DNA of 64,000 nucleotides from Tubulanus polymorphus (taxonomy: Eukaryota > Animalia > Nemertea): the NCBI RefSeq assembly GCF_964204645.1, contig NC_134026.1, positions 16,960,150-17,024,149 of the forward strand, read 5' to 3'. The translations under genes were made by a program, and so were the position numbers. How positions within the stretch are numbered: position 1 is the stretch's first letter; each line of letters starts with the position of its first letter. Under the pieces are notes generated by a model that worked only from the letters and a program-made list of their open reading frames with translations, ran no database searches and was not told the origin of the DNA. This document shows, piece after piece, positions 1 through 13,700 of this stretch.

Positions 1-284
1 AGTCGCCATCACACGGAGATGATTTGGCCAAATTCGGCCTGTGCCTAATCATAGAGAGCGCACTCACAAACCACTCACTCGATACTAAACAATTTTCAAA
101 AAAAGCAAAGTGGATCATTTTCCAGTGCCAGTTGCAATTCAAATGCAATGATTTGTCCCGTGTTAAAATTTGGCTTGAACCTGGTCTGACGTTTTTGGCC
201 TAACAATCTGAAGCCCTTATGACACCCAAGCGAACAGTTGTTCCTGGCCAAATTTGGCACAAAAAGGCTCGTGTGATCGCGGCT
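1..284. mobile_element. Harbinger-like MITE, left end at the window edge
   Basis: agtcgccatcacacg at 1 is an imperfect inverse of cgtgtgatcgcggct ending 284; internal ggccaaatt repeats. Confidence 0.55.
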
Positions 285-784
285 ATAGATAGGCCTTAGT
301 TTACCAACATTTTGCTTGACATGACACAGGAATTCCAGTTGCCCTGAAGTGTACAAACCCTGCATTATGACCAATCAGACTTCATTTTTCAATTCGGTTA
401 AAACATTCAAAATCTAAGTATTTTAGTTTGTTTTATTTCCTTTTGTCATGGTTCATTGAAGATAATTTTAAAAAGCTATCAAATAGATTATTCTGGCAAC
501 CAATCTTTGCTGATTGAAAAAAGGACACAGGGTGTACAGGTAAGAATGTTCATCAATGAATTGTTTCTCTTTCTCTTTGAGACCATCATTGATTCTGTTG
601 CAGGCTCAATATCTGATTAAGTTTGTACTACATGCTATGGAAGGAGATCTTAACTGTCATCTGATATGCTAAAATTTCGTCTCATTACTGAAAAACCAAT
701 TTGAAAGTGTAGACCGCATAGAATAGGACAAGGAATGCTCATTTTGTGCCTGAATCAGATACATAATTCAGTAGAAATATGTAC

Positions 785-970
785 TTTTCTCACCAATTAA
801 TGTATAATGCTTCATCTGGGAAGGACCTCCGAAAATTGGAAGGCGGGGTCTAAAAGAAAAGGTGGGGCATTTTTAGGATAAAGTAGCCAAATGTCCCACC
901 TTTTCTTTAAGACCCCCGATTTTCGGAGGTCCTTCCCAGATGAAGCATTATACATTACTTCGTGAGAAAA
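785..970. repeat. Near-perfect ~185-bp palindrome (foldback element remnant)
   Basis: taatgtataatgcttcatctgggaaggacctccgaaaat vs attttcggaggtccttcccagatgaagcattatacatta, with inner arms also paired. Confidence 0.9.
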
Positions 971-1743
971 GAAATAAGCAGGGGGCTACCTTCAAGGTTG
1001 AAATTTCTGAAAGAATCCATCCGAAAAGATGCAATCTAGAGGATGCAACCTGAGAAGGCAGGTATCAGGACCTCCAAAACCACCCCCTAAATCTACCCTT
1101 GTTTATGCTCATATGCCCTGAAATTTTCAACTTGACGAGTTAGTCGTGATGTCATGTCATACACTGTCAGTCATACAAGCACATTGACTACTGTCACGTG
1201 GTCAGAAGAGTCTACACTGCTGTGATGACATTTGGAGCACAAGAATTGTATATGCAAATAGGGAATGATGGGCTAATAGTTGCCATGGTGACATAGAAAT
1301 TGGTTGTCATATTTATAGTGTCCTGGTAATATCTTATAAACACGTTTATTGTGTAGGAGCTTGGTCCCTTATTTTTTGGATTTCTAAATTGCAGTTGTCC
1401 GATTGTGTTAAATGCTACTATGATTTGCATGTTGGTTCAGTGTCTATTGATTAGCTGTATCAATTTATTGATCCCTTACTGCACTACCAGCCACTTCACT
1501 TTGCTGCTCTAGTTACTTATACCCCTATATTTAATGTATTTGAATGCATTTAGATGTATAACTTCTGAAAAAGGCTAAATCCATTAAGATTTTGGTCCTA
1601 AAATTATGATAGAATTAGTTCCAGGGGAATAAAGTATAAATGAATTAGGCCTATATCAGGAATGATTTAAACGTATTGAACAATGAAGGTCATTAACCTT
1701 TTTAAGTGGCCATAGCCTAAATGTTCCTTTTGTTTTTTTTCAG

Positions 1744-1785
1744 GGTTTTGTTAATTCAGGGTATGCAGTAAATGGTATAGCACAT
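1744..1785 (+). CDS. SSBP3: Ssdp exon [14 protein letters not shown] (42 nt, phase 0-0)
   Basis: T-rich tract + CAG acceptor, GTAAGT donor; resembles the GFV.SGY.VNGI segment recalled from Drosophila Ssdp. Confidence 0.85.
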
Positions 1786-4700
1786 GTAAGTTAATATTTT
1801 AATGTTGCATCTCTTCCTTCCTCATGTCATACTTACTAACTATAACTAAATTTAGACCTGGGTTAAGCATTTGTGTGAATTGATTTTAGAATTTTGATAG
1901 ATTTATCAGTTCATCATTTGCTCATCATTAAGAAGTTGCAAACCTAAAATCATCATTTCTAGTGGAATCAAATCAAATTTTTGTAGAACCTGGACCATCC
2001 AGCTAGTTTCAACTACTCTTTAATGGCCCGGTTTAGGTGGTTTCATGGTTAATTAGTTGATTAGATGTTTGCTTTCTATTCTTGTTAAAGAGTGGAATTT
2101 CTAGGACTTATGTACAGTTGATAGTTTGGGTGAATCAGGTAGCTATTTAAACATGATGCCTGCAGGAGACTGTTTGTCTGTAATGATCAATAAGCCTGCA
2201 GCAATAGAGCACAGTTATTTAACTGAGATTCTATGTGGTGAGAAGGATAAAATCAATTCCCTTATGAAGTAACAATGTTGAATTGCTATGTACCTGTCTC
2301 CCCTTGCACTGCATCAGGCTGAAAGATCAGCTCTCCCTTGCTATATTAGACGATGATGATGACTGGGGGTTTGGTTCATAGTACAGTAAATGGGGTGGAA
2401 GTACTTGACTGGATAGTCCATGAATTTTCAATGAGACCCTATGAAGATCCAGTGGTCTGAAAATGAAATTGCCAATTTTGGATTAACTAAAGTGGTTTTG
2501 AAGTAACTTCTTTCATCTCACCCCTACCGCTAGAAACTAAGAATCTCAACTCAAAAAAAAAACTTCCAAAATTCAACTGTTTGGTGAAAAAGTTTTTTTC
2601 TTACTTGTTCCATTTGGATAGACTGATGTCGTATCTACAGGGAGGACAGATTTCTCTACTATCCTGGCACTTTTAATGATACTATACGTGTAATTGTGTT
2701 ATTTATTATTTCATTTACTATCCTAAAATGTATTGTTTGATATTAAGCCTATATGAGATAGCTTGAAAAATTTTGGACATTGTTTTTTCTTCACTTTTCA
2801 TTCTTAAGCTATTACTGAATATTGTCACAAATGATTTTGTCATATTTAACATGACTAATTATTAATGTACAGTATAACTCGTTTTATTCGGACCGGTTTT
2901 ATTCAGATTTTTGCTTAATTGGACTAAAATTCCCGTCCCCTCTAGGTCATCTCTATTCAAATGAGAGAACATAATTCGGATTTAGTTTAATTCAAACAAA
3001 ATTTAGTAGTCCCAAATGATCCGAATTGAGTGAGTTGTACTGTAGGGCCTACCATATAAAATGTTAAAAGAATTTGGCCATATGTTAGCGAAGCTATCTT
3101 TATTTGATATCTTAATGATTAAAGTTGAAGGAAGTGATTTTGATGATGTTACTGTATGTGTGGAGTAGACTGGTTGCCCAACACTGTCTGATACTGGTCC
3201 AGAACATTCCTGGTTTGATTGGTTGCTATAGCAACCCAATGCCAATTATTTTGTTCTTTCCGCGGCTGCTATCTCCATCACTGGCACCATCCCTGCCACT
3301 GGATACTGAGTGAAAACAGTTCATATAAACAAACAAAAGATGGCCAGTAGTTCTGCCCATGTTTGGAAAGTTTAACACTCTTTCATGTGTTATTTCATAT
3401 TACTTAACAGTGAGGAAATGTGTCATACAGGCTAATGCTTATGATTCTGATGGATTTTGCTTAACTTTTCTTGCAGAATGCGCCTGCGCCAAGTCCGTTA
3501 GGTCAAATGCCTCCACAAGATGGATTGGGAGGTGGTCCGATGCCTCCAGCTTTTTTTCCGGTTAGTATTAAACGATGGGAAGGGCGCCTATGAAATGTCC
3601 TAATCCTTTAATGGGTTGATACGCTTGTATTTTACTCGCTGCATTCAGTTTTATAGCTGCTCATTTGTAGAGCAGAGCTTTAGCTGTACTTTAACTCTCT
3701 ATATCAAGATACATATAATGCAGCATCGTTAAGGGAAATAAGGGGCCATTCTCTTTCTTAGTCGGCTATTCTCACCCTGACTTGCTGTACTAAAATTGAG
3801 TACACTATAGGCCCTATTACAAATTGTTCAAGCCAATATTTCACTGATCTACTATTAACAGGCATTTGCATATATAGTACGCCTTGACATTTTAGCGCTT
3901 TTGGGTGCAGAGGGAGATTTGAGAAGTTTTTATTCATATAGGCTTATCTTTTACTTGGTGATCATGTTGGCCTTTGACTTATAGAATCTAGAATCTAAGC
4001 TTATTACTATCAGAGGCTAGTGATATCTACGAGCAATCATCTCAACGACAGCTCAATCATCTCAACGATTGCTCATAGGTGATATAAACCAGCAAGTGGG
4101 CAACATTTACTATAGACGCTGTTGAGTAGATGTATTCTAAAAACATTTTTTTTGTCCCAAAACTGTCATTACAACAGTTATTCTTGGTTCCGGTGTCACT
4201 TTGGCTTTTTAGTCGGTACTGCAGGGTAATTTGGAAAGACGGTAGCTTAAGTATTAAGAAGTTGACAAAATTGATGTGTTGCTTTTGAAGTGTTTTTAGC
4301 AGCCAGCAGATTTGAACCCCGCCTGTCACTAGGCACTGATAATGAATTGTCATATCCTGCTGAGCTGCTGAGGTTGCTCACGTTGTTAGCAACTTTATCG
4401 AATGTAGGCATTTGGCAATATGAAGAATTTGAACTGAAATATGATCATATTATTGGGGTTTCCATCTTTGTCGCTTTATATCGAAATAGTCAAATTTACC
4501 ATAGAACTCTAAAGAATTTACCTATTACCTATGTATGTTTATTGAGCACATGCTGTAAAATCATCTACACATAGTCACATTGAACCATGCTTCTGCATTA
4601 CATAGGCCTATAACAGCTGTGTCAGTCTGTCCACCCCTACAAATTTGTATTATCAATGTTTAAGTTTGATCACTTAATATGATCCCTGAATGCACAGGCA

Positions 4701-7700
4701 CCTGGTTCACCCAATATCCATATATATTAGGAAACTCGCCTTTATATCACCATATATGGCTATAACACCATATATGGCTATAAATCTGAATTATAACAGT
4801 AAAACCCACTTAATCTGGATCAGTCCCAGATAATCTGTCCCAGAGATAAAAATATAAGTACGATAGGTCAAAATACCAGAAGGAAATATGCATAGAATCG
4901 ATTGCTAAATATCGCGTGTAGTAGAATATTCAGGAATGGTTTTGCTATGATCTAATTTATGATGGCAAGCAGCTGTGTGTAATTTGGTGATTTAATACAT
5001 GTACATAACAATAAAAAAGAATCTCAATTTGATGTATTCAATGAAACTTGATTATCTTATGAACTATTCATTTGATTTGAGAAAACTTTGTACAAGGCTC
5101 TATTGAAGAAACTTGCCCATGTAGACCTATGTTTTTTTAACTGGAAAAAGATGGTGACTGTGCATTCACTTTTAAACCCACTTGGGACAGTTCACTTTTC
5201 ATCCGTTTGTCGCTAGTAAAATGGAATCCAGTTAATTTGGGATGAAATTGAAGACGCTTCAATGAATTGTCCTGAGATTTAGATTATATGTGTATCTACC
5301 CTCGACGCATTTTTAGTCCAATAATGGGGAACCGGCACACCAGCCATCCTATCAGATGGCGCCACTGAGATTTCAGACGCACTCGATCAAATTTAGTTCA
5401 TTTTCAAGTAACTTTGATCTCAATTTTCGGGCTTCCAATCCAAAGATTGGGAATGGGAAAATCACACATCGAGGTAAACTCTGATTAGTCTGTAGAGTTC
5501 GTTCGTGCCACGATTTTCATATATCATGCATAGAATTTGAGAAATTATTATTAGATTTTAATCGAGTTTGAGAAGAAATCCAGCGTCGACGTCATATTGT
5601 ACACTAGCGAACCTGGCGATTATGGCGGAATTCCACTTGCCACAGTAGCGTTACTGCTACCCCATTGGTCTGATCCGACTCAAGGGTGCCGACTGCAGCC
5701 ATTGTTGTTTACCAAAATCGACACTTTTTACGCATTTATGAAGTTTCCCTTTGAAAATTTTGGAGTTAGACCAATTTCATTGATGTCTATCCATGCCCAT
5801 CATGAACCCCATCATCAAAAGGAAAATTGCCTCATTCGGACACAAGATGGCAGTGACCTTTTGTCTTAGACCAGTAGCTTACTAACGGTTTGCCAGCCAT
5901 TTGTTATTGAAATTCGAATGATAAGTAGGCCTATACTTTATGAAGGGATATCATATCAGAGGGGTATTTCAGCCCGTTAATTTAAAAACTGTCTTAGTCT
6001 CAGTAGTCCTCATGCATAGATATGTATAGGTGAGTTTTAAGACCATTGATTTCTGTATTCACCTGGGGCATTGAATTGGGGAATAGATAACAAGGTATTT
6101 ACAGCACTTTTTGCCAGCTCTACCTCACGACTGTGGTGAGTTTCGAAACTAATGTACTACTGTATCTGTCCAGTGGTGTTGATTATTGAATCATCAGATT
6201 GTCAGACATTTCTCCAAGTGGGCATGGTGTCCCTAAACCCCTAGTTAATTGATTTCAAAAAAGAATTCACTCATTGGTGACACTTTCATTAGTTGTTCCA
6301 AGTATCTTTCAAGCTTGCTTGACTCGATAATGGGGAAAAATTTTTCCCGAATATGTACGAAATATCGCTCGAAATGGGAAGTTACTCTTGACTGTATTTG
6401 TTCTCAGAGGGGCATTGAATATTGAAATGGTCGGATTGTCAAGCACCTCAATGTGAGTAGTGTCCCTGGCCCCCTAATTATATTGCCTGCCATTAATGTT
6501 TAACAGATAATCATTTACGACATTGTAGGTCAGCATCATCAGGTGTGGATGATGGCATGACTATAGAATAATTAACATCAATGCCACTTGGTGTGTCATG
6601 GGGATATCACTATTAAAATTGAACACTTGAAAAAAAAATATCTGGATTAGAAAATCAAAAACTTGCCTATGGCATTTTACCTCTGGCATAATTACCTGGA
6701 TTCTATTAAAAAAATGTTAGCAATATTGAACAATGGATTAAACTTTTATCGATTCATATCTTGAAGAATTATCATTGAAAAGTACAATAATATTACATAG
6801 ATGAAAAGAGAGTTGCACCATCTATGTTATTTATTTTTCAATATAAACCACATGTGCATATGTATGTTGGCTGTTTATTAAATATACGTATATATTTAGT
6901 AAAGTGTTCGTTATTGGAATGTTTAGCTCACAATGTTGATTTTATTTTGATACGTTTACGTGTTTCCTCTAAGTCTTTCACAATTTAAGTTTCGTGGATG
7001 TGATGACAATAAACTCTATTTTGACACGATATGTCTAGTCATCGGTCCTCAATGTGAAGGTTAATTTGATGGAGTGAATACAATTGAACCCTGCTCTGAT
7101 AAAAGAATTTATTGGAACATATGGACATGAAATCAGAAATTTTGTTCGATTCAAAGTTAAATTTATCTATTTGAGATCTGGTACTGTTAAGCGGACACCA
7201 ATAACAGAAAAACTAAATTTCATTTTACAATAAAAGTTTTGCTGGTAATTACTCAACACTAAATTGGTTAAACTTATCATTAATTGTAAATGATTTTATG
7301 ATGAAATATGTGCTTGGGACAAAATAACATGTTATACGGATATGAAGAAACTGATCTTCTGTAATGTTTCTTTTAACTAGGTTCTACTGTACTTAGGCAT
7401 TACTTAACTTTTTATAAGAAGTGAGAATGTTAACTTTTCAAAGCTTAATCATCAAAATGAGGTGATCACCCACATATCGGGTTATTCAAATTTTTTGTTC
7501 ATTATGTGATGAACCTTTACCTATTTGGCTAACTCGCTTACTATATAATAGCTGTCTGCAAATTACAACATTATCAGTAGAAGAAATATGTCCTTTCTGA
7601 TCCACAAATAGGTTTTATGGAATCACTTCTATTCTGATTGAAATCACTCATTTTATGTTTCACTTATTATACATTATGCATATTGATTGATGAATGTTAT

Positions 7701-10700
7701 GCCTATGTGCTGCCTTGTTCCTCCAATAGCCACCAGGGTCACAACAGTCACCCCATCCTCCACCGACACCACACAATCAAATGATGCCACAGAATCAAGT
7801 GAGTATTTCTCTAATAGTAAAAGGAGACATTTAGTGAACCTGCCATGTATGCTTTTAAAAGTTGAAGTGATAATGTGATTCTAAAAAAGGGCTGCCTATC
7901 AAGTTAAATATTGAAGAGTTAATACCCTATGAAACTAGATATTGATAGTATGAATAAAAGTTTCAGTTATCCTACCAAATTATTTGTTAAACATATACTT
8001 GGCAGGTTTGCTATAAATCGGGTTGGCCACTTAGATTGGAAGGCTTCCCCCCAGCCATAACTATATACGTTCATAGTATAGTCTTCATCTATACTGCACT
8101 GCACTGCACTGCACAGAAATCAATTGATTGCCCCCCAACCAGTTTTACCTAGCAATTCTACCTGCTATAATGTAACTGAACCTAACTATATACAGTTATA
8201 TCAGTGATTTTTTCCTGGTGATGAAATCAACAGGCGCCTACTATGTTGTAACTGTTTCGTACATTTGTTGTTTTGGAAAATATTGTAAATTCACACATGA
8301 TTAACAAAAGCCAAAAGGGAAAAATTCTATTGCAGTTATCAGGTGACAGTGGATGCTGGGGTGTTTGTGTCCTCACATTTTTCTTTTGAGAAATATTTTG
8401 CTGCATGGTTATGAAATGCTTTGTATACGTGCAACATGAAATTCTTGCCGTGGATTTTCTTTCATGGGTCTTACGAATTTTTATGTATTGTGTTTGCGTA
8501 TTATGTATGCTCATGTACGTACTATCGCATATTACAATTGTAAAACTATTCTACTTGCTGTTAGTTAAAAAGTCTCAGTGATAGTGTCTACATTACCCTG
8601 GGGCCAACCCTGCAAATTGTAGTGCTTAACTGTTTAGTTGCTTGTTTTATTATATTTACGTAACAGCCTAGAAGTAACTTAACTTAATTTTCATTAGGTT
8701 AAGTTTTATTAGGATCAAGTGTGTTGATCCTTATAGAATGGTTCCGAGAGTAACTTGTAATTGTAACCAATGGATATACAAAACTGATATTTTGTAAATA
8801 GGAGGGAAATAGGTTGATATGGCAAGTTTCGTCCATCAGCTCTAAGCCGTTTTTGAAGTGCTAGGAGGAAATGTGCAAAACTTCATTGAATTTTTCCCCA
8901 TTCTACTAATCGATGCTTGACATTGTTTCCTGACATCATAGGGAAAGCCCTTCAGAAGGGTATCACGTGGAAATCCCTCTAGGAGGGCTTTCCCAGTGAC
9001 ATCATTATTGAGAACTGTTCTACCATACACTTGTGACTCATAGGGAAAACCCATTACCATGTATATCATCAAAGTTGAACATGCTTACTACACAGTCTAC
9101 GATGATTTCATCTTCATCATCTGTTAATACATCACTGGAAATCCAAGAACAAATCCATTGTTGTGCTCAAAACTAAAATGTACTCAGTTGATCCTACTGG
9201 ACCCACGGTCCTGTATATCATTTAAAAAGTTGTGCTGTCATTCGTTTTAAGTTAACTTCTGAATATGTTTGCCGCTCATTCAGGACCACAATTACCAGAA
9301 TTTTTCGCACTGATATGACTAGGACACCTTCAGCCGCAGATTCTAAGCATGTATTTATCTATGCGACAGAATCCATGCTCGAAGAGAAGGATTGATAATG
9401 CGTGTGATGCACGGACAAAAAATGCGTTCAATTCGGACCGTGGTAGTAACTGCTTGTTTGGTACACATTTCTATTTCGTCTTATTGAAAAAAAAAATGAA
9501 AATGCTACGATCTCTGACAAATGCCAGACATGTTGTTAAGTTTCTTCTAGGCTGTACTGTTTGACATAGTGCTTACCTATGTATAATAAGGTTGATGGTG
9601 AACTAATTGAAATAATATTTTGTGCTTTCTTAGTAATAAATGCTCATCTTATCAATCAAATATTTTGATCCATCAACGTATCTGTGGACTAATGAGGCTG
9701 TTTATGAACAGATCATTTTCATTGAGTATTGAGCTTGATTTTTAAGCAGCCGATACTAGTTAAGCAGTTGATACTAATTCAGGCTATGCAGTAAGTCTCA
9801 GCTAAGTCATATCTCCTTTCGAACCAATGAAAATGTCGGACACAACTGCTTAAAACAGCCGCTCAAGACAGCTTTGAAGGTGGGCCTCGGTGCGATCTGT
9901 GATGCTTGCAATATGTGATGGAATCAGTTGTGACTGGTCTTTTAAGTGTGAGCAACTAGTCCATCAGTTAACCACAATAACCAGTCATGTGATTATTGAA
10001 ATGGTGCGGTGTATGTAACATAACTGAATGAGATATCCTCATAACACGGTTTATACATGTGTATTCATTGCATACCTATATCAGTATGTATATGATAATG
10101 AAATAAAGTGATTATATACTAGTGATTTTTCTGACTTAAAAAAAATTCTCAGTGAAATTTGATTGACATCATCACTAGTTCGCATACACTATATATCCTA
10201 TTGCTAAATTGGAGTTCGAACCGAGGGCACCGTAGTTAGAAAAAACGTATATGTTGCAGCGATCACAATTATGGTGATCATGTTAAATTGCTGAAGTTAG
10301 AACATTCGCAACTGCCCATTCTTGTATTTTTCTGGAAATTGCCAAAAATTGCATTGTAAGTAATCATTTGTGTTACAAGGCTGATCTAATCTCGGCTTAA
10401 ATAGTGTATACTTATCTGAAATATACAGCCTGGTAAGTCTCTGCCATGAAATGAAACCATGCCATAACCTGCACAAATCTTCACCAGATTCAATTATGGT
10501 GGCTATTCTGGTGGCTCTCATTTAATCTTCCAAGCCACTCAACTGACAAATTTTCATTTCGTCATAGAATCTTGATACAATGAGGTTGAAATCACTACAA
10601 AAGGTGATTACTTGACAAGGCTCATTACAGAATTGCATTTTTGTATAATTAATACAATTGGTACAATAAATGTATTTTCCTTTTTAGTGAATTGACCTGG

Positions 10701-13700
10701 GGGGAAAGAATATTGTTTTAATGGTGATTAAAGATAAAAATTCTTTTCTTAAGACATCAACGGAGAAGCCAGCTCTAAACTGATGATGCTGCCATCTGTC
10801 AAAAGAGAAATAATACTATTGAACTAATTATCCAACATCTTGCGTGTATCTATTTATCCATTGCCTAAAACTAGAAATAGTCTTTTTATACAGGGACTCT
10901 TAGAGTGCTTGGTTTATAAGCTTTCCTGATCTATCATTATATACAAGAATTGTTAAAACTTGTTATCAATACATTTTGTCATTTTCCATCGATCGATTAC
11001 CATTAACCCTTTCAGTACAATGTATAAATCGCGTGGTGGACTTAGCTAGTGCGCTGCACCTCTGTGTATCAATGTATTTGGTAATTAGTTTTTATCTTTA
11101 ATGAAAGATGGCAGGACCTTCAAACACTGTTAAACATTAGTAACGATACACCACAGCATGGTGTACTCGCAGTATTTCCATTAGGCCCGTGAGTCAATGC
11201 ACTGGAGTGGAATTTTCAAATTTTTAAAAATATCACCAGCACATTAAGGGTATTAATTAATCTGCACTGAAAGGGTTAATCAGTGTAGCAGTTATAACTT
11301 GTTAGTTTTGTTGTCTGATATTATGATTTTATTTTCTTGTAGCCCTTTATGTCTCCTAGATATAATAGTCCACGAGGACCAGTTAGAATGCCAAATCAAG
11401 GAGAATTTGATGTAAGTATTGTGGAAAATCACCTATAATAGCTACATAATTCACCTTTAAACCAGCATAGTATTTTTCAGCCTGTCTGATTTTGGACCAT
11501 GCGAGGGGAAAACTTTATAACTCAGTAGATATTAGGGATAGCCCCATAATAGTATATATCCTATGAAAGCTCTTTTCATGAGCTTTCGAATAAAACCAAG
11601 TTCATTACTACTGATGACCTTCTCAACTTGGGAATCTGACCGATGTGATATGTGGTTTTTATACCCCGCACTACATGCTAAATGTATGATATGTCACTTT
11701 CCTGCTTTGTTAGACATTATAGGCTGTCTGGTGTTGCCATCTGCTCACAGGAAAATGAGTTACAATGCTTCACAATACTTGACTATTCGATTCACTACAG
11801 CTGGTCTATTCAAATCGATCAAATCTAGCGACCGATTGCCGGGTAGAGGGTTAAGCCCGCCACTTAGCATTTCATTTAAGCCCGCCATTTTCATCGCAAG
11901 TGAGAAGATCGCGAAGTGTGGGGCCACTTGCGGCCATTGTTGGCCGACAAATCGCCGGCAATAAGATCGCTCAGTATCTAGCTTGCTAGATATTAGGCGA
12001 CAAGCTAACCTCTTAGTGTGTGGCTGTTAGCGATGCATTGCTTCGGAAAAAAAACCCAGCCAATCAGCGCCAACATAGAAACCACGTGCATTTACAAAAA
12101 AGCGAAATAACCATAACGGAAATGAAACATGAGTTACCCAAAAAGAAGACGCATTGGTGGAAAAGAAAGGCCAAAAACTAAGGCGTCACAGGATACATCC
12201 TCCTCCGGCAAAGATTTGAACCGTATTATTTCATTGAGATTGCCACAGTTTGAAACCTAGTCATACTAGGCAGAGTGCGCAGCTACGATGATGTCAATCT
12301 GCGAGCAATATGATTGGTGCTGCAGGTTTTTTGCACGGTAAACCTGCGCACATTCCTGTGCTGAGGCTCAGAGAAGCAATGCCATTACGTATGAATCATT
12401 GCCGAGGGAGGACATACAGGACATAGCTTTTGCACTAGATATGACCGGTATTTGTTTCACTTTTTTCCCGGTTTTACCAATCAAAAAGTTAAATTCAAAT
12501 TCACTTCCTTCAGTCAATTTTCTTGAAACGAAATAAACTCCAGTTTGATTTTTCATGATATTCAAAAAATAATAACAAATATAGCTGCACAGCAGCGATA
12601 ACGGGTTTCTGCCTAACTGGTTCATATATTGCACGGGGAAGCGTCATCGAAATAATTCTAATCAGTCCATAACGTATGACTTATTTCCAAGAAGCGCAAC
12701 CTGGGTCCACAATATGCTGTATATTTGGATCCAGCTGCATACAAGGGCTACCACGTAAAAAGTATTGATGTTCCAAAATGCCTACGTAACCAAAGATATG
12801 GTTCTTTCAAAGGCCCCCCTGGTGGCAGTTGCATGAACTAGTCTGTCGAACATGCTCTCCTTGCGCGTTTTGATCCATAATTTCGTTAATACTAGACATA
12901 TCGGCCCCACTCCGCGCTGTTGCGCCACCGCGCGGTATTTACGCGAAGCAGCAGAACACAAACATGGCCACTCTCTCAATTTTCAATGATAGAAATCGTG
13001 TGTGCATTTCAATTATTTCGGCTGTTAGGGTTTTAAGGCACAATATAAGTTGATGATGTGATATGGCGATGTCTACACCCTGGCGCAGTATATCATTAGT
13101 TACGAATATTTCACTATGTTTGACAGGTGCTGCCATCTTTCAAGAGAGATAATTAGTAATTACTAATTAAATCAATACACAGCAGTGCGGTGTACTAGCA
13201 AAATCCATCACTGATTCGTACACCACACTGCGGTGTAGACACACTGAGAGGGTTAAGATAATTAAACAGCGGACATATTGGTTTTCTTGTTAGCGCTCAA
13301 CAGACATCAAATAACATGCGATTGCTTACTTTGTTGTTGTTAGTGTGTTTATGTAATGTGGTAAGCCCATGGAAGAAACCTATCAAAAATTAGCTTTCTG
13401 GTTCGTCCATTATGGCCGCCACAACCTGCCTTTTAAATTTTTTCTTTGTGCTCGACACGCATCAAATAATGTGCAATTTCTTTTACACTCGGTATGTGTA
13501 ATGGTCCCTGAATTACACTTATTGAAAATCAGCTTTCTTGCTCATCTAATATGGCCACCATGGCCGACATCTTGAATTTCTTGCTCTCTCACATCCGGGG
13601 TGACATACTTTGCGCTACCCCGCTTTCTAGTTTATGAACATAACTCTTCAGTTGTGGTTGGGTTACTTTCTTTGTTATATTGAAGGTTGCAGCATTGTTC

